A stretch of DNA of 64,000 bases, taken from positions 1 to 64,000 of the forward strand of contig QPMI01000271.1 of NCBI GenBank assembly GCA_004431415.1. Direction: 5' to 3'. The notes under the pieces are model-generated. The model was not told the DNA's origin. It worked only from the letters and a program-made list of their open reading frames with translations, and did not search any database. The stretch's first letter is position 1, and each line of letters starts with the position of its first letter. Positions 12,401 to 25,337 of this stretch are shown here, in pieces. The stretch is from Cyanophora paradoxa CCMP329. Lineage: Eukaryota > Plantae > Glaucophyta. The translations under genes were made by a program, and so were the position numbers.

Positions 12401-14377
12401 CCGACGCCTTCCCCGCCCTCTGCGACGCCCTCGCCCGCCGCCTCGAGGCGGAGGCTCACGGCGCGCCCCCGCCCCGCCCGCCCGCCCCGCCCCGCCCCGC
12501 CCCGCCCCGCCCCGCCCCGCCCCGCCCCGCTGAGCGGCGCCTGCAGACGTGCGCTCGGCGACCCTCTGCTACATCTGCGCGGGCAACCTGGAGAAGTGCG
12601 TGGCGGTGTGGGGCGCCGGCGTGCCTCTGCGGCCCCTCGGCCCCTACGACGCCCTCCAGGACATGATCGAGAAGATCGTGCGCCCCGCCGCCCGCCCCCG
12701 CCGCCCCCGCTTCACGCCCCGCAGGTCGTCTTCCGCAAGGCGGCGGCGAGCTCCGTGCAGGCGCCGGCCCTCGCCGACAAGTTCACGTGCGCCCCCCGCC
12801 AGCATGCGCCGCCGCTGCCGGGGGCCGACGGGGCGCAGGGTGTACGCGCAGCTGCTGGCCTCGCAGGGCCGCGTGGCCGTCGCGATGCACTACATGGTGA
12901 TGGCGAACGAGGATCCCGTGCGCCCCGCCAGCCGCAGCGGGCGCGGGGCGCGGTGCGAGGGCGGGGCGGGGGCAGTCGCAGGACACGGCGGCGATGGCCA
13001 TCCTGCGGGACCTCCTTTACCACCACCACCCCACCGCGCGCCCGCCCCGCCCGCCCCGCCCCGCCCCCCCTGACGCCCCTTCCCAGGCCGGCTCCCCGCC
13101 CCCGTTCCCCTTCCACCGCGCCGAGGTCACCGCCACCGCCTTGCCCCAGTCGGCTGCCGCCCCGCAGCACGCCGCCCCGGCCGCCGCCGCTCCCGCGCAC
13201 GCCGCCCTGGTGCGCCCTGCCCACCCGCGCGCTGCGGCGGGCCGGCGGGGCCGACGGGCGGGGCGGCAGCGGCGCCGCAGACGGCGGCATACGCGTACGG
13301 GAGCACGGCGGGGTCGGACCCGTTCGCGGCGATCGCGGCGCAGCACGCGCAGCAGCAGCACCAGCAGGCGGCGCAGGCCGGCGCCTGGCAGCAGCCGCAG
13401 GCCGCCGCCGCCGCCTCGCCCTACGGCCAGCAGCAGGCGTACGGCAGCTACGGGCAGCAGTCCGCGCAGCAGTACCAGCAGCCGCAGACCGCCTACTCCG
13501 GCTACGCCCAGCAGGGCGCCGCCCGCCCCACCCAGGGCTACGCGCAGGCCCCCGCCACGGCCGCCCCCGCCGCCAGCGGCTACTACCAGCAGGCCGGGCA
13601 GGCCCCCGCCACGGCCTCCGCGGGGGGCTCCTACTACGCGCAGCCGGCCGCGCAGCCGGCCGCGCAGGCGCAGCCGGGGCGCCCATCACCGTCTTCAACC
13701 CGTACGCCTCGCAGGGCGCCGCGGGGCGACCCGCGGCGCCGCCGAGCGCGCCGGCGCCCAGCACCCCGCCCGCCCCGGCCGCGTCGCCGTACGCGCCGGT
13801 GCCGCCCCAGCCCGCCGTCTCCCCGTATGCGCCGCCGCCCCAGCCCCAGAAGGCGGCGCCCTCGCCCTACGTGCCCCCCTCGGTGCAGCAGGCCGCGCAG
13901 GTGCGCGCGGCTGCTGGCGGGCGCGCGTGCGCGGGGCGGGGCGCGACGCGGGCCGCAGGCGCAGCCGGCGGCGCCGAACGTGACGATCGCGACGGCGGAC
14001 ACGACGCAGGTGGCGCCGGAGATGCAGGCCTGCGTGCACTCGCTGCTGGGCCTGTACAACCGGTGCAACGCGGCGGCGGCGGCGCCACAGGCGAAGAAGA
14101 AGATGGAGGACGTGTCGAAGCGCGTCGGGCTGCTCTTCCACAAGCTCAACCAGCGCGACGTCTCCCCCGCCGTCTGCTCCAAGCTCCAGGGCCTCTGCCA
14201 GGGCGCGCCCCGCCCCCCGCCCCGCCCCCGCCCCGCGGGGCCTGACGCGGCGCAGCGCTGGACGCGGGGGACCTGAAGACGGCGATGGACGTGCAGGTGC
14301 AGCTGACGACCACCGACTGGGACGAACACGGCCAGTGGATCCTTGGCATCAAGCGCCTCATCGAGTCCGCCAAGTAG
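9459..14377 (+). CDS. SEC31: COPII outer coat protein Sec31, multi-exon
   Basis: [16 protein letters not shown]; WD40 repeats ([57 protein letters not shown]); [20 protein letters not shown]; Pro/Gln/Tyr-rich linker; C-terminal [15 protein letters not shown]...[12 protein letters not shown] at 14375-14377. Confidence 0.95.
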
Positions 14378-14606
14378 GCCCCCTCCCCCGGCCCCTGTAC
14401 ACGTACACTCCCGTAAATGTTCCCGCGAATGCACGGCACCGAGTGCTCGGTCGCCCCGCACGGGGCCCTCCCTCGCGCCGACCCCCCTGCATTGCACTGC
14501 CGCACGTGCCCCACGAACACCTGCAATTGTGTGTCGATAGCTCGAGATACAGTTCACGTCCCACCCAAACAGAATCAGAGCTACAAGGGGGTAGAGATCT
14601 AGAGAA

Positions 14607-16419
14607 CTAGTCGAGGTCCGGGGCGCCCTGGCCGCCGGCGGGGCCCCCGCCGCGGGCACCGGCGAAGGGGTTGCCGCCGGGGCCGGCGCCGGGCATGCCG
14701 CCCATGCCGCCAGGCATCTTGGAGGCGAGCTTGCCGAGGACGGCGGCGACCTCGGGGTCGCTCATGTACTGCGCCGCGCTCGCCGGGTTCGTCATCATCG
14801 CCTGCGCCGCCCTCGAGGTCAGCCGCCGCCCCCGACGCCCCCCGCCCGCCCGCCGCCGCCGCCGCCCACCTGCATCGCCTGCATGACCTTCGGGTTCTGC
14901 ATCGCCGCGAGCAGCTCGGGGTCACGCAGCAGCGACCCGATGTCGGGCATTCCGCCCCCCATCCCCGCCATCCCCCCCATGCCGGGCATCCCGCCCATGC
15001 CGGGCATGCCGCCGGGCATGCCGCCGAAGCCGGCGAAGGGGTTGCCGCCGGCGCCAGCACCGGGCATTCCGCCGGGCATCCCGCCAGCTCCTGCGTGCCT
15101 CGTGGATCAGCGCCTGCGGTATCCCCGCGCGCGGGGGGCCAAGTGCACCGGCCTTGGGGCCGCTGCCGCAAGGGCCGCCGCCGCAGCAGTCCTCCTCGTG
15201 CGCCTCCCGCGCCGCCGCCTCGGCCGCAGCGGCGGCGCGGGCGCGGCGGGCGGCCTCGGCGGCCTCCTCACGCCGCTTCTTCGCCGCGAGCTCCTTCTCG
15301 TGGATCGCCTTCACCTTCTCGCTGCACTTCTTGAGCAGCTCGTAGGTCGCGGGGTCCCCGTCAATTCTTTCGGCCGTGCCAAGATCGTTGCGAGCCTTCT
15401 CCCACTGGCCTGCAGGGCGGAGGTGAGCTTGGGCGGGCGCGGGCAAAGTGCGTACGAACCGAGTAAAGCGAAGGCCCTGCCGCGAATTCTGTAGCATTTG
15501 GTCGAGTCCTTGTTGATGGCCAGGCCGGCATCGCAATCCTGCGCAGGGAATCGCCGCGAGAAAGCGCGGCAATGCAGGGACTGCACCTTGATCGCCTGAT
15601 CAAGTGATGGGCCATGAAAAATCGCATTAGCCCCTCTTGTTTTCGGAATCGCCCGAGAGAATTCCCCCCAGACACACAGAGTCCCACCTTCTTCAGCCAC
15701 TTAAGCTTGAGAAAAACGGCGGCACGCGATCCGTGGAGGGCTGCCTGTTTTAAAGTAAGTTAAGTTTCAGATGGAAGCGTTTAGTAAGTCGACCTTTCCA
15801 GGGTCGAGCTCGATCGCGGTCGTGTAGCTAGCGATGGCGCCTTGGAAATCGCCCTGCTCAATCTGCTCGGCGGCCTTGACCTTCAGCTCGTCGCACTTCT
15901 CGAGGTCCGCTTCCGACGGCTCCACGCCCTCCTTGCCCATCGAAAGCGGCTGCACAAGCGCGTCAGCAAGCGCTGGGCCACACCAAGCTGAGCGCTGACC
16001 GCATCGGGCTGAGGGTCTTCATCGTTGATGACGTCGGGGTCTGGCTCCGATGTCTCCGGCTCCTCCATCGCGACGTCCTCGCTGGCAGGTGCAGCTGGCC
16101 CCGGCGCCGCGGCGGGAGTAGGGGGAATGCGACCACCAAGCGACTCGATATACTGCCTGAAGAACCCGAGCGACGCGTCGTGCAATAGTACTGGTTGGGC
16201 TTTCAGGAGAGATACGAACGCCTACGCGTACGACGTCAGACTCGCGCGTACGGCTACGCGTCGATCTAACCCACGCGAATGGGCTCTAGAGTGCATGCCG
16301 GCGTACCGCACGCCTCTCGCGCCCACGAAGAGTCTAGAATGTTCCACGGCGTCCCACGCGTCACACACACATGCATGACGTACCTTCAGCTCGTCGACCT
16401 TCCGCGGATCGATCTTCAT
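14607..16419 (-). CDS. ST13: Hsp70-interacting protein HIP (dimerisation domain, TPR, GGMP repeats, STI1/DP)
   Basis: [22 protein letters not shown]; [16 protein letters not shown]...[25 protein letters not shown]; GGMPG repeats; [38 protein letters not shown]. Confidence 0.92.
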
Positions 16420-16499
16420 CGTGTTGGTCAGGAAGAGGAACGCTAGTTAATCCCTCCACACTTCTACCCAGTACCCCGCTACTCCCGATTCCCCCCAAG
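16420..16499. promoter_or_regulatory. Compact bidirectional promoter between HIP and bS21, containing GTACCCC
   Basis: 80 bp between the divergent ATGs; GTACCCC at 16471-16477. Confidence 0.65.
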
Positions 16500-16936
16500 A
16501 TGGTGCATGTCGCCCTCTCGAGCTCCCCGGCCGCCGTGCGGCGTCTCCTGCATGCCTCTATCGCTGCTAGACGATCCGTCGGCGCGCGACGGCTGGGCGC
16601 CTGGAACCCCTTCGCGTGCTGACGGCCGGCCGGCAGATTGAGGTGGAGGTCAAGAACAACAACGTGGAGGCGGCGCTAAACTTCATAGACCGCGTGCACG
16701 AGCGGGATGGCATTGAGCGGGAGATGAGGGAGCGTGAGCGGTACAGGAAGCCGTCGCGGTTGAAGACGGAGACGCGCCGCATGTTCGAGCGCAAGGAGTG
16801 GAAGGAACGGCTGAACATCGCAGTCACCGAGCTGCTGAGGAAGCGCGGCATGTGCGTGCTCCAAGCCCGCGCGGTTTGTCGATCTGTCTGAACATGCCCT
16901 CTTGCCGCTGCTTCCGCTCGCAGGTTCCGGCGATAG
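16500..16936 (+). CDS. Organellar (probably mitochondrial) ribosomal protein bS21
   Basis: IEVEVKNNNVEAALNFIDRVHERDGIEREMRERERYRKPS fits the S21 pattern (V.V..NNVE.AL...Y.KPS). An intron at 16852-16923 is followed by FRR*. The first exon is uncertain. Confidence 0.75.
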
Positions 16937-17133
16937 GCAGGACTGCGCTCGAGGTAGAAATTCAGGCAGAAGCTAGATAGGAACCTCTGTTCTCCCGTGC
17001 GCGGCCGCAGCCGGCCATAGCCTCAGAAGCTTCGTGGCATCATAGCTGGTCTTTCCAGCATGCGCTTCTTCTAGCTACACACAACTACCTGCAGAACGCG
17101 AGCCTACGTATACTGGGGTTTGGGCAGGGCGCA

Positions 17134-18766
<1,633 letters not shown>

Positions 18767-19022
18767 CTCTCCTTTTTTTCCACCGATATCTGGATGGCCC
18801 AGTACCCCGGCCGGCCGCACCAGCACAATGCCGTGATGCCCGCCGCGCGGCGCGCGCGCGCCAGCGCTATATATAGCGCTACGAGCAGTTAGCTTTAGCG
18901 CTACGTATACCGTAGTACAGCGGCTAGCGCCGCATTTCAACAGAACATGTACATGCATATGTGCAGTGCTGCCGCAGTGCCAGGCTGGCCGCCGGGCATG
19001 CATATGCGCACTGCGGCATGCT

Positions 19023-20222
19023 CACAGCGGTACGCGTTTGTATGGGCCCATAGACAGTGCTGTCATCATGATGCACACGGCGGTCGAGTCATCATGATGC
19101 GTTAATTATGATGCATCATGTTCGATCATGACGTCTTCCCGCGGTCAGAATCGTTTACCAGGGCATTTCCCACTCCTATTTCACTGCGCGGGCTCTCTGC
19201 TGCGTTTCTAATGCATCGCGACGTGTTTATCACTCATTCCTGACCAGTCTGGATAGATATTGGGCCCAGGGTTGGCCTGAAAGAGGCCCACACGCCCCTC
19301 TTCCCAAGATTTGTGAGGCAGAGGAGTGGTTGATCAACCTCTTTCAATGTCAAGATAGTGTGTTATGTGTTTTAAAAGCTGTGTTAAGCGTCTCCGCACC
19401 CATTCTCAAAGTGCGAATTGGTGCGATCTTGCTTCGCCAGCGGCAAAGGGTGGTGCCCCCTGTACCCCCCACGGCGCCACAGCAACCTTTCAGCATCGTC
19501 AGAATCGCTCCAAACCTCCTCTGACTAGCATATACGGTGTCTTTAAGCTGTAAAGATCGCATAAGAGGTCGTTAAAACAGCGCAGGCGACCAGAAACACG
19601 AGATTTGTGCACTCTATAGGTACCCCCCCTCACATCATGATGACGATCATCATAATCCGAGGTCATCATGATGCGTTAATGACGTCCCATCATGATGGCG
19701 TGATCATGATGTGTGCATCATGATGACAGCACTGCCCATAGACTTGGAAGAATTAACGCTTGGTGGTTAAAACTCTGTGTAAAAGCGGTAAGTTTGTTAC
19801 GTCTACACGTAATTGGTAAGCTCGGAACTTGGACTTGACAATTTCGCATACCCCCCTTAGCTGCCATAGGTTGGACTTCGCCGCGGCGCAACGGGCGCAA
19901 ACCGGCTCCCTGGATCTACAAAAAATAGCGCCCGCCTACAAAACTAAGGTAGATAGATGCTAGATGAGCACAACGGCGCGCTTGCGGCGCTTTTGGCACG
20001 TTTGTTTTCAAGATCCCACGTTGCGACGGTTCCCGGCCGGTCTAGTTTGCAGCTGGCACAACGGTCAAGTTGAAAAAAAAGCGAGAAAACTTTTGAGTTT
20101 CCATTAGCTATTAAGTTAATACTGGCTATACGCGATCGCCAAGATATGGTAAATCTAAGTTCCGCGATCGCCAAGAATTAACCTTCCATGTCTATGGCGC
20201 CATACAAACGCGTACCGCTGTG
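19023..20222. mobile_element. Non-autonomous CACTA/EnSpm-like element (about 512 bp once the nested insert is removed)
   Basis: TIR CACAGCGGTACGCGTTTGTATGGGCCCATAGA at 19023, matched with 2 mismatches by the reverse complement ending at 20222. 3-bp TSD GCT (19020-19022 and 20223-20225). No transposase ORF. Confidence 0.9.
19055..19734. mobile_element. hAT-like MITE nested in the left TIR region of the CACTA-like element
   Basis: Perfect 24-bp TIR CAGTGCTGTCATCATGATGCACAC (19055-19078 / 19711-19734). 8-bp TSD CCCATAGA (19047-19054 / 19735-19742). Subterminal CATCATGATG repeats. Confidence 0.92.
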
Positions 20223-20642
20223 GCTGCCGCTCTGGCGCCATGCATATGGCCAGCGCTAGCAGCGATTGCCCCGTAGCGCTAGCAGCAAGCGCTCTTGGCT
20301 ACATGTACATTCACAGTGGAATCCGGGAGGCAGCGGGCCGAAAGTCGAGGCCACTAGCCCTCGCGCCACTAGCCCTCGCGTGGGCTCTGGCGTCGACGAG
20401 GCCCGGCGGCTGCCCCCGGAGGGTCCCCAGCAGTAGGTGTATTTTCATCGCGTAGGCCGCCTCCCAAGGATACTAGTAGGCCTCGCAGACGGGGGTAGCT
20501 GGGTTCGCGCCTCGTTTTTCGAGGCTTGCGTTTCTGGCACTGCTCTACTATCCCCCTACGGGCCCGGCATCCCCCGGGTACCAGCACGTAGCGTGTGGGC
20601 GTGTAGCTGCCGTGTAAAGAGCAGACTAGAGCTGGCGGGTGC

Positions 20643-22627
20643 TCAGTCGAGGAGGATGCGCCGGGGGTCCTCGACGACCTGAGAGGGGGGTGAGGGGCTC
20701 GGCGCGGCGGGAGAGGGGCCGCAAGAACGGGCCTCCTTGATGCGACGGAGGAAGGTGACGGCTTCCCGGCCGTCGATGAGGCGGTGGTCGTAGGTGAGGG
20801 CGACGTACATCATGGGGCGGATCACGATCTGGTCGTTGACGACCACCGGCCGCTTGTTGATCGCGTGCATCCCCAGGATCGCCGACTGCGGCGGGTTGAT
20901 GATCGGCGTCGAGAGCAGCGAGCCGAAGGTCCCGCCGTTCGAGATCGTGAACGTGCCGCCCGCCATCTCCTCGATCGAGAGCGTGTTGTTCTTCGCCTTC
21001 TCACCTGCGCGGCGTCGGCGGGGGCGGGGGGCGGGGGCGGCGCGGGGGGCGCGCGCACCGAGGTCCACGATGGTCTTCTCGATGCCAGCGAAGGTGAGGC
21101 GGTCACAGTTGCGGATGACGGGGACGACGAGGCCCGTCGGCGAGGCGACGGCCACCGAGATGTCCACGTAGTCCCGGTACACCACGTCCGGCCCGTCGAT
21201 CACTGCCCCCGCCCCTCGCACTCCGCCCGCGGCGGCGCGCCCCGCGGCGGCGCACCGGCGTTGACGGTCGGTTGCTCGACGAGCGCGATGGCGGCCGCCT
21301 TGACAAACGCCGACATGAAGCCGAGCTTGACCCCGTGCTTCTTCTGGAACTCGTCCCTGCGCCGCGTCGGCGCGGCGCTCAAGCGCCCCGCCACGCGGCG
21401 CACTTGAGCGAGTCCCGGAAGGCCATCAGGTGCGACATGTCGATTTCGTTGAAGGTTGTCAGCATCGCCGCCGTGTTCTGGCTGTCCTTCAGACGCTCCG
21501 CAATCCGCCGCCGCATCCGCGACATCGGCACCTGCCCTCCGCCGCGTGTTGAGCGCACGAGGCAAGACAAGCACATACGCGCTCGGCGGACGCACGCGGC
21601 GCTCGCGGGGGTCGGTTGAGCCCGCCATGAGTGGCTGAGCCGGCGCCGGCGCCTGGTCCGCCGGCCGCACGACAGTGCTCTTCGGCGGCATCGGTGCAGA
21701 GTCCGCGGCGGGCGCAGCCGTCGGGGCGGCTGGCGCCGCCACCGGCGCGGCTTTCGCGGCAGCCGGCGCCGATTTCGCGGCCGGCGCCGGCTTGGCGGCA
21801 GCTGTGCCCTCGGGCTTCGGCCCCCGCTTGATCGAAGCAATGGTCTTCCCGACGCCGACGGTCTCGCCGACCTCGGCGAACTTGGCCACCAGCGTGCCGG
21901 CCTCGGCCGCACGCACGTCAACCGTCACCTTGTCCGTCTCGAGCTGTGCGACGACCTCGTCCATGGCAATGTAGTCGCCGGGACCTGTGCGGCGCGTAAG
22001 AAAAGAAGGAGCGTCGGAATATTGCGACAGCATGAAGAAAAGGAAACAGCCGCACTCTTCAGCCACGCGACGATGGTCCCCTCCGTGATGGACTCGCCCA
22101 TCGACGGAACCTTCACTGAAAGATCGCCTGCAATCGCAGGACGTGTGGGGACCGAGAAGGCACTCGGGAAGGGCACCTGCCGGCGAATTCTTACCCTCGG
22201 TGCTGTACGGGCGGCGGGCGAGCGCCGCATAGGAAGGACCAAAGCGATCGCTAGCATGGTGCGACGCGCGTACGTTAGCCCCCAGCTCGTCACGCGGCTA
22301 GAGGGGCTAGGTAACGACGCACATGGCCGACGGCGCGATGACGGGAGACGAAAGGACCTGGCCGGCGCCCCTCGCAGCTGCAAGGAAGAGCGTTGGGGGC
22401 GTTCACGGCCGTGTGCCAGGGGCGACGTTGCGTACCGTGTATGGAGGGACTGACGGCGAGGGGCTGCGAAGCGGGAGGTGCAGCTCAGAGGGCGCTCCGG
22501 GAAATGGACAGCAGTCCATTGAAGGTGCGCATGACCCGTGAGGCGACGGACGTACCCTCGCGGAACGTGCGAGGCGCGAGGCGCCCCTGCCGGCCGAGCG
22601 GCTGAACCGCTGAAGCGTCGCGTGCAT
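20643..22627 (-). CDS. DLST: 2-oxoglutarate dehydrogenase E2 (dihydrolipoamide succinyltransferase), mitochondrial
   Basis: Arg-rich presequence [14 protein letters not shown]; lipoyl domain [11 protein letters not shown]...ETDKVTVDV; [27 protein letters not shown]; [10 protein letters not shown]; [14 protein letters not shown]; [14 protein letters not shown]. Confidence 0.96.
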
Positions 22628-22743
22628 TCTTCGATCCGGGCGGTCAGGCGCGTCCGATCCGGCGGGGCGGCAGCCGCGATGACGGAGCGGTGGCGTGCAA
22701 AGGGGGGGGGCAATCTGCGGGGGTAGTCCTCCCGTCCAGAAGA

Positions 22744-25075
22744 ATGGCCAACAGCAGTGCGGAGCTTGAGGCCTTCCTCAAGGCGCTTGGGCAAAGCGTC
22801 CCGCCACCACAGGTGCGGTCTTCCCGGCCCCTCTGCGCCTGGTCCTCGCTTCGTCCTCCGGCCTCATTGTGAAATCGCCATCGATCGCAGCCTGGAGGAG
22901 ATTCGCAAGCGGGCCAGCCGTCGAACTCGCCTCCTGCCGACCCCGCCGGTGCGTTGGGTTGCTGCGCCCTCTGGTTGTCATGCTTGCTGATTGCGTTCGT
23001 GACTCGCGCAGATGGAGGTGAGCGGAAGCGTCGGAGTCGCTGGGAGAGCGGCGACGGCGACGGCAGCGGCGCGGTGCGATGGCTGCGCGTTCATGTTCGA
23101 TGGCAGCGCTAACCCTCGGCAGGGCGCCGACAAGGCCGGTGGTGGGGATGCTCCGAAGAAGCGCAGAAGCCGCTGGGGAAGCGAGGAGGACAAGGTCAAT
23201 CTGCCTGTCGGCGCGGCGTTCATCGCGCCCGCCGTGAGCCCCGAGGATACGGAGCTCATGATCAGTGCGTGTGCGGAGCGCAGATTTTCGCTCTTTCGCT
23301 CACTAAAGGTTCCGCAGTTCGTATGCGTCTGGACGAAATTGGGCGCATGCTGGCCCTGTCTGTGATCCCCGAGACGGAAGAGACCGACCGGAACCGGTGC
23401 GTCTCTTTTCCGCGTCCGTGCCGCTTTTCTGCTCTAATGCAGCGCAGCTCGCCCTCGCCCGAGCCGATCTACGACTCGAACGGGAAGCGCTTGAACACCC
23501 GTCAGCTCCGCATCCGCGAGAAGCTGGCCGAGGAGCGCCACAAGCTCATCGAGAAGGCCCAGAGGATCAATCCCTCCTTCCGCGTGCGTCCTCGCTGTCA
23601 TGCTTGCTGCTCACTCGTTTCACTGATGAACCTTTGCCTTGCAGCCGCCCGCGGACTACAAGCCGCCAAAGCTGCAGAAGAAGATTTACATCCCTGTCAA
23701 GGAGTATCCTGATTACAATTTTATCGGTCGGTTGCGCCGCACCTTTTACCCCGCCTCACTCTCTCTCTGAGATGGGCCGAACAGGTCTGATCATCGGCCC
23801 GCGCGGTAACACGCATCGTCGTATGGAGAAGGAAACGGGCTGCAAGATCATGATCCGTGGAAAGGGTTCGGAGAAGGAGGGCAAGGTGCGGTCCGCGGGG
23901 CGCGGGTCTGGCGGGGGGCGGGGTTGACGTGCGGGGCAGCAACGGAAGGACGGGCGGCCGAACCCCGGGGACGACGACGAGCTGCATGTGCTGGTGACGT
24001 CGGAGAACGCGATCGCGCTGGAGAAGGCGGCGAAGATGATCGAGGAGCTGCTGGTGCCGATGGACGAGACGAAGAACGAGCACAAGCGGCTGCAGCTCCG
24101 CGAGCTCGCCGCCATCAACGGCACCCTCCGCGACGACGACTACTGCCGCCTCTGCGGCGAGGCCGGCCACAAGCTCTGGGCCTGCCCCGACCGTGGCAAG
24201 GGCTTCAAGCCCGCCGAGGTCTGCTGCATCTTCTGCGGCGACAAGTCCCACCCCTCCGCCGATTGCCAGTTCAAGGGTGCGCCGCCCTCCGCCGCGCGTC
24301 GGGCCGGGCCGCGCTGACGTGCCGCAGATCGCGGCCCGATGAACAAGCCGCAGGACGAGGACCTGAGCGCCTTCATGAGCGAGCTCTCGGGCGCCCCGCC
24401 TCCGGGCGTCTCCGGCAGCAACCTCACTCCGCTCGGCCGCACCGGCGCCCCCGGCGGCGGCATGGGCGGCGGCATGGGCGGCATGCCGGCGCCGGTGCCG
24501 TCGGGCCCGCAACAGCCGAACCCCGACGCGGACAAGGCCTACATCGAGTTCATGCAGTCCATCAACAGCGGCCAGGCCGGCGCCGCTGCCTCCCGCTACG
24601 GGCCCCCCGGCGGGGCCCCCGGCGGCCCCGGGGCCCCCTCGGGGCCCCCGCGCCCGCCTGGCGTCATCGTGCCCCCGATGCCCCCTGGCGGCCTCGGCCG
24701 CGGCGGCCCCCCGATGCCGGGCATGCCCCCGGCATGCCCTTCCCCCGCCCCGTTCGGCCGCGGCTTCCCGCCGTTCCCTTCCCCCTGTCCCCGGCATGCC
24801 CTTCCCCTTCCCGCCTCCGGGCGGCATGCCGATGCCGGGGCACGCGCCGCCCCCGATGCCGATGCCGGGCGCATGGCCGGGCTGGCCGGGCGCCGGCGCG
24901 TGGCCCCAGCAGCAGCAGCAGCAGCAGCAGGGCGACGCCAGCCAGCAGGCCGCCCAGCAGCACGGCCAGCAGGCCGCCCCCGACGCCGTCCCCCCGCCCC
25001 CGCCCTCGTGCCCGCCCCGCCGCCCCCGCCGCGGCGCATGCCTGACGCGGCGCGCAGGTGAAGCAGTTCGTGTGA
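22744..25075 (+). CDS. SF1: Splicing factor 1 / branchpoint-binding protein (KH-QUA2, two Zn knuckles, Pro-rich tail)
   Basis: [11 protein letters not shown]; [18 protein letters not shown]; [17 protein letters not shown]; KIMIRGKGS; [20 protein letters not shown]; [14 protein letters not shown] and [14 protein letters not shown]. The last exon is uncertain. Confidence 0.95.
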
Positions 25076-25337
25076 GTCGCGCGTCGTCCTGGCTAACGAC
25101 TGACCTCACTGATCCCTGACGACTGATCCCTGATGAGCACTAATCCAAGAGGCCGGCCCCGCTGACGCCTTTCTCGTCACCCACTAACGGAGCCAGGCCC
25201 TGGAGCCTCCCGACCTTTCCTGTACAACCGGCCCCATCCGCCCCAGCGCCCGCAGCTCCGCGCGCCGCTTGCGCTAGTGCAGTACGCGTGTCCGAAACAT
25301 CGCCGTTGGCTCTTCGAAGGAGGCACCGGGAGGGGGC

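Noticed and set aside
16221-16383. Longer first introns of HIP and OSTC (9192-9344) as snoRNA hosts
   Set aside because: No convincing C box (RTGATGA) or hairpin-ACA layout; the CTGA seen is the branch-site word.
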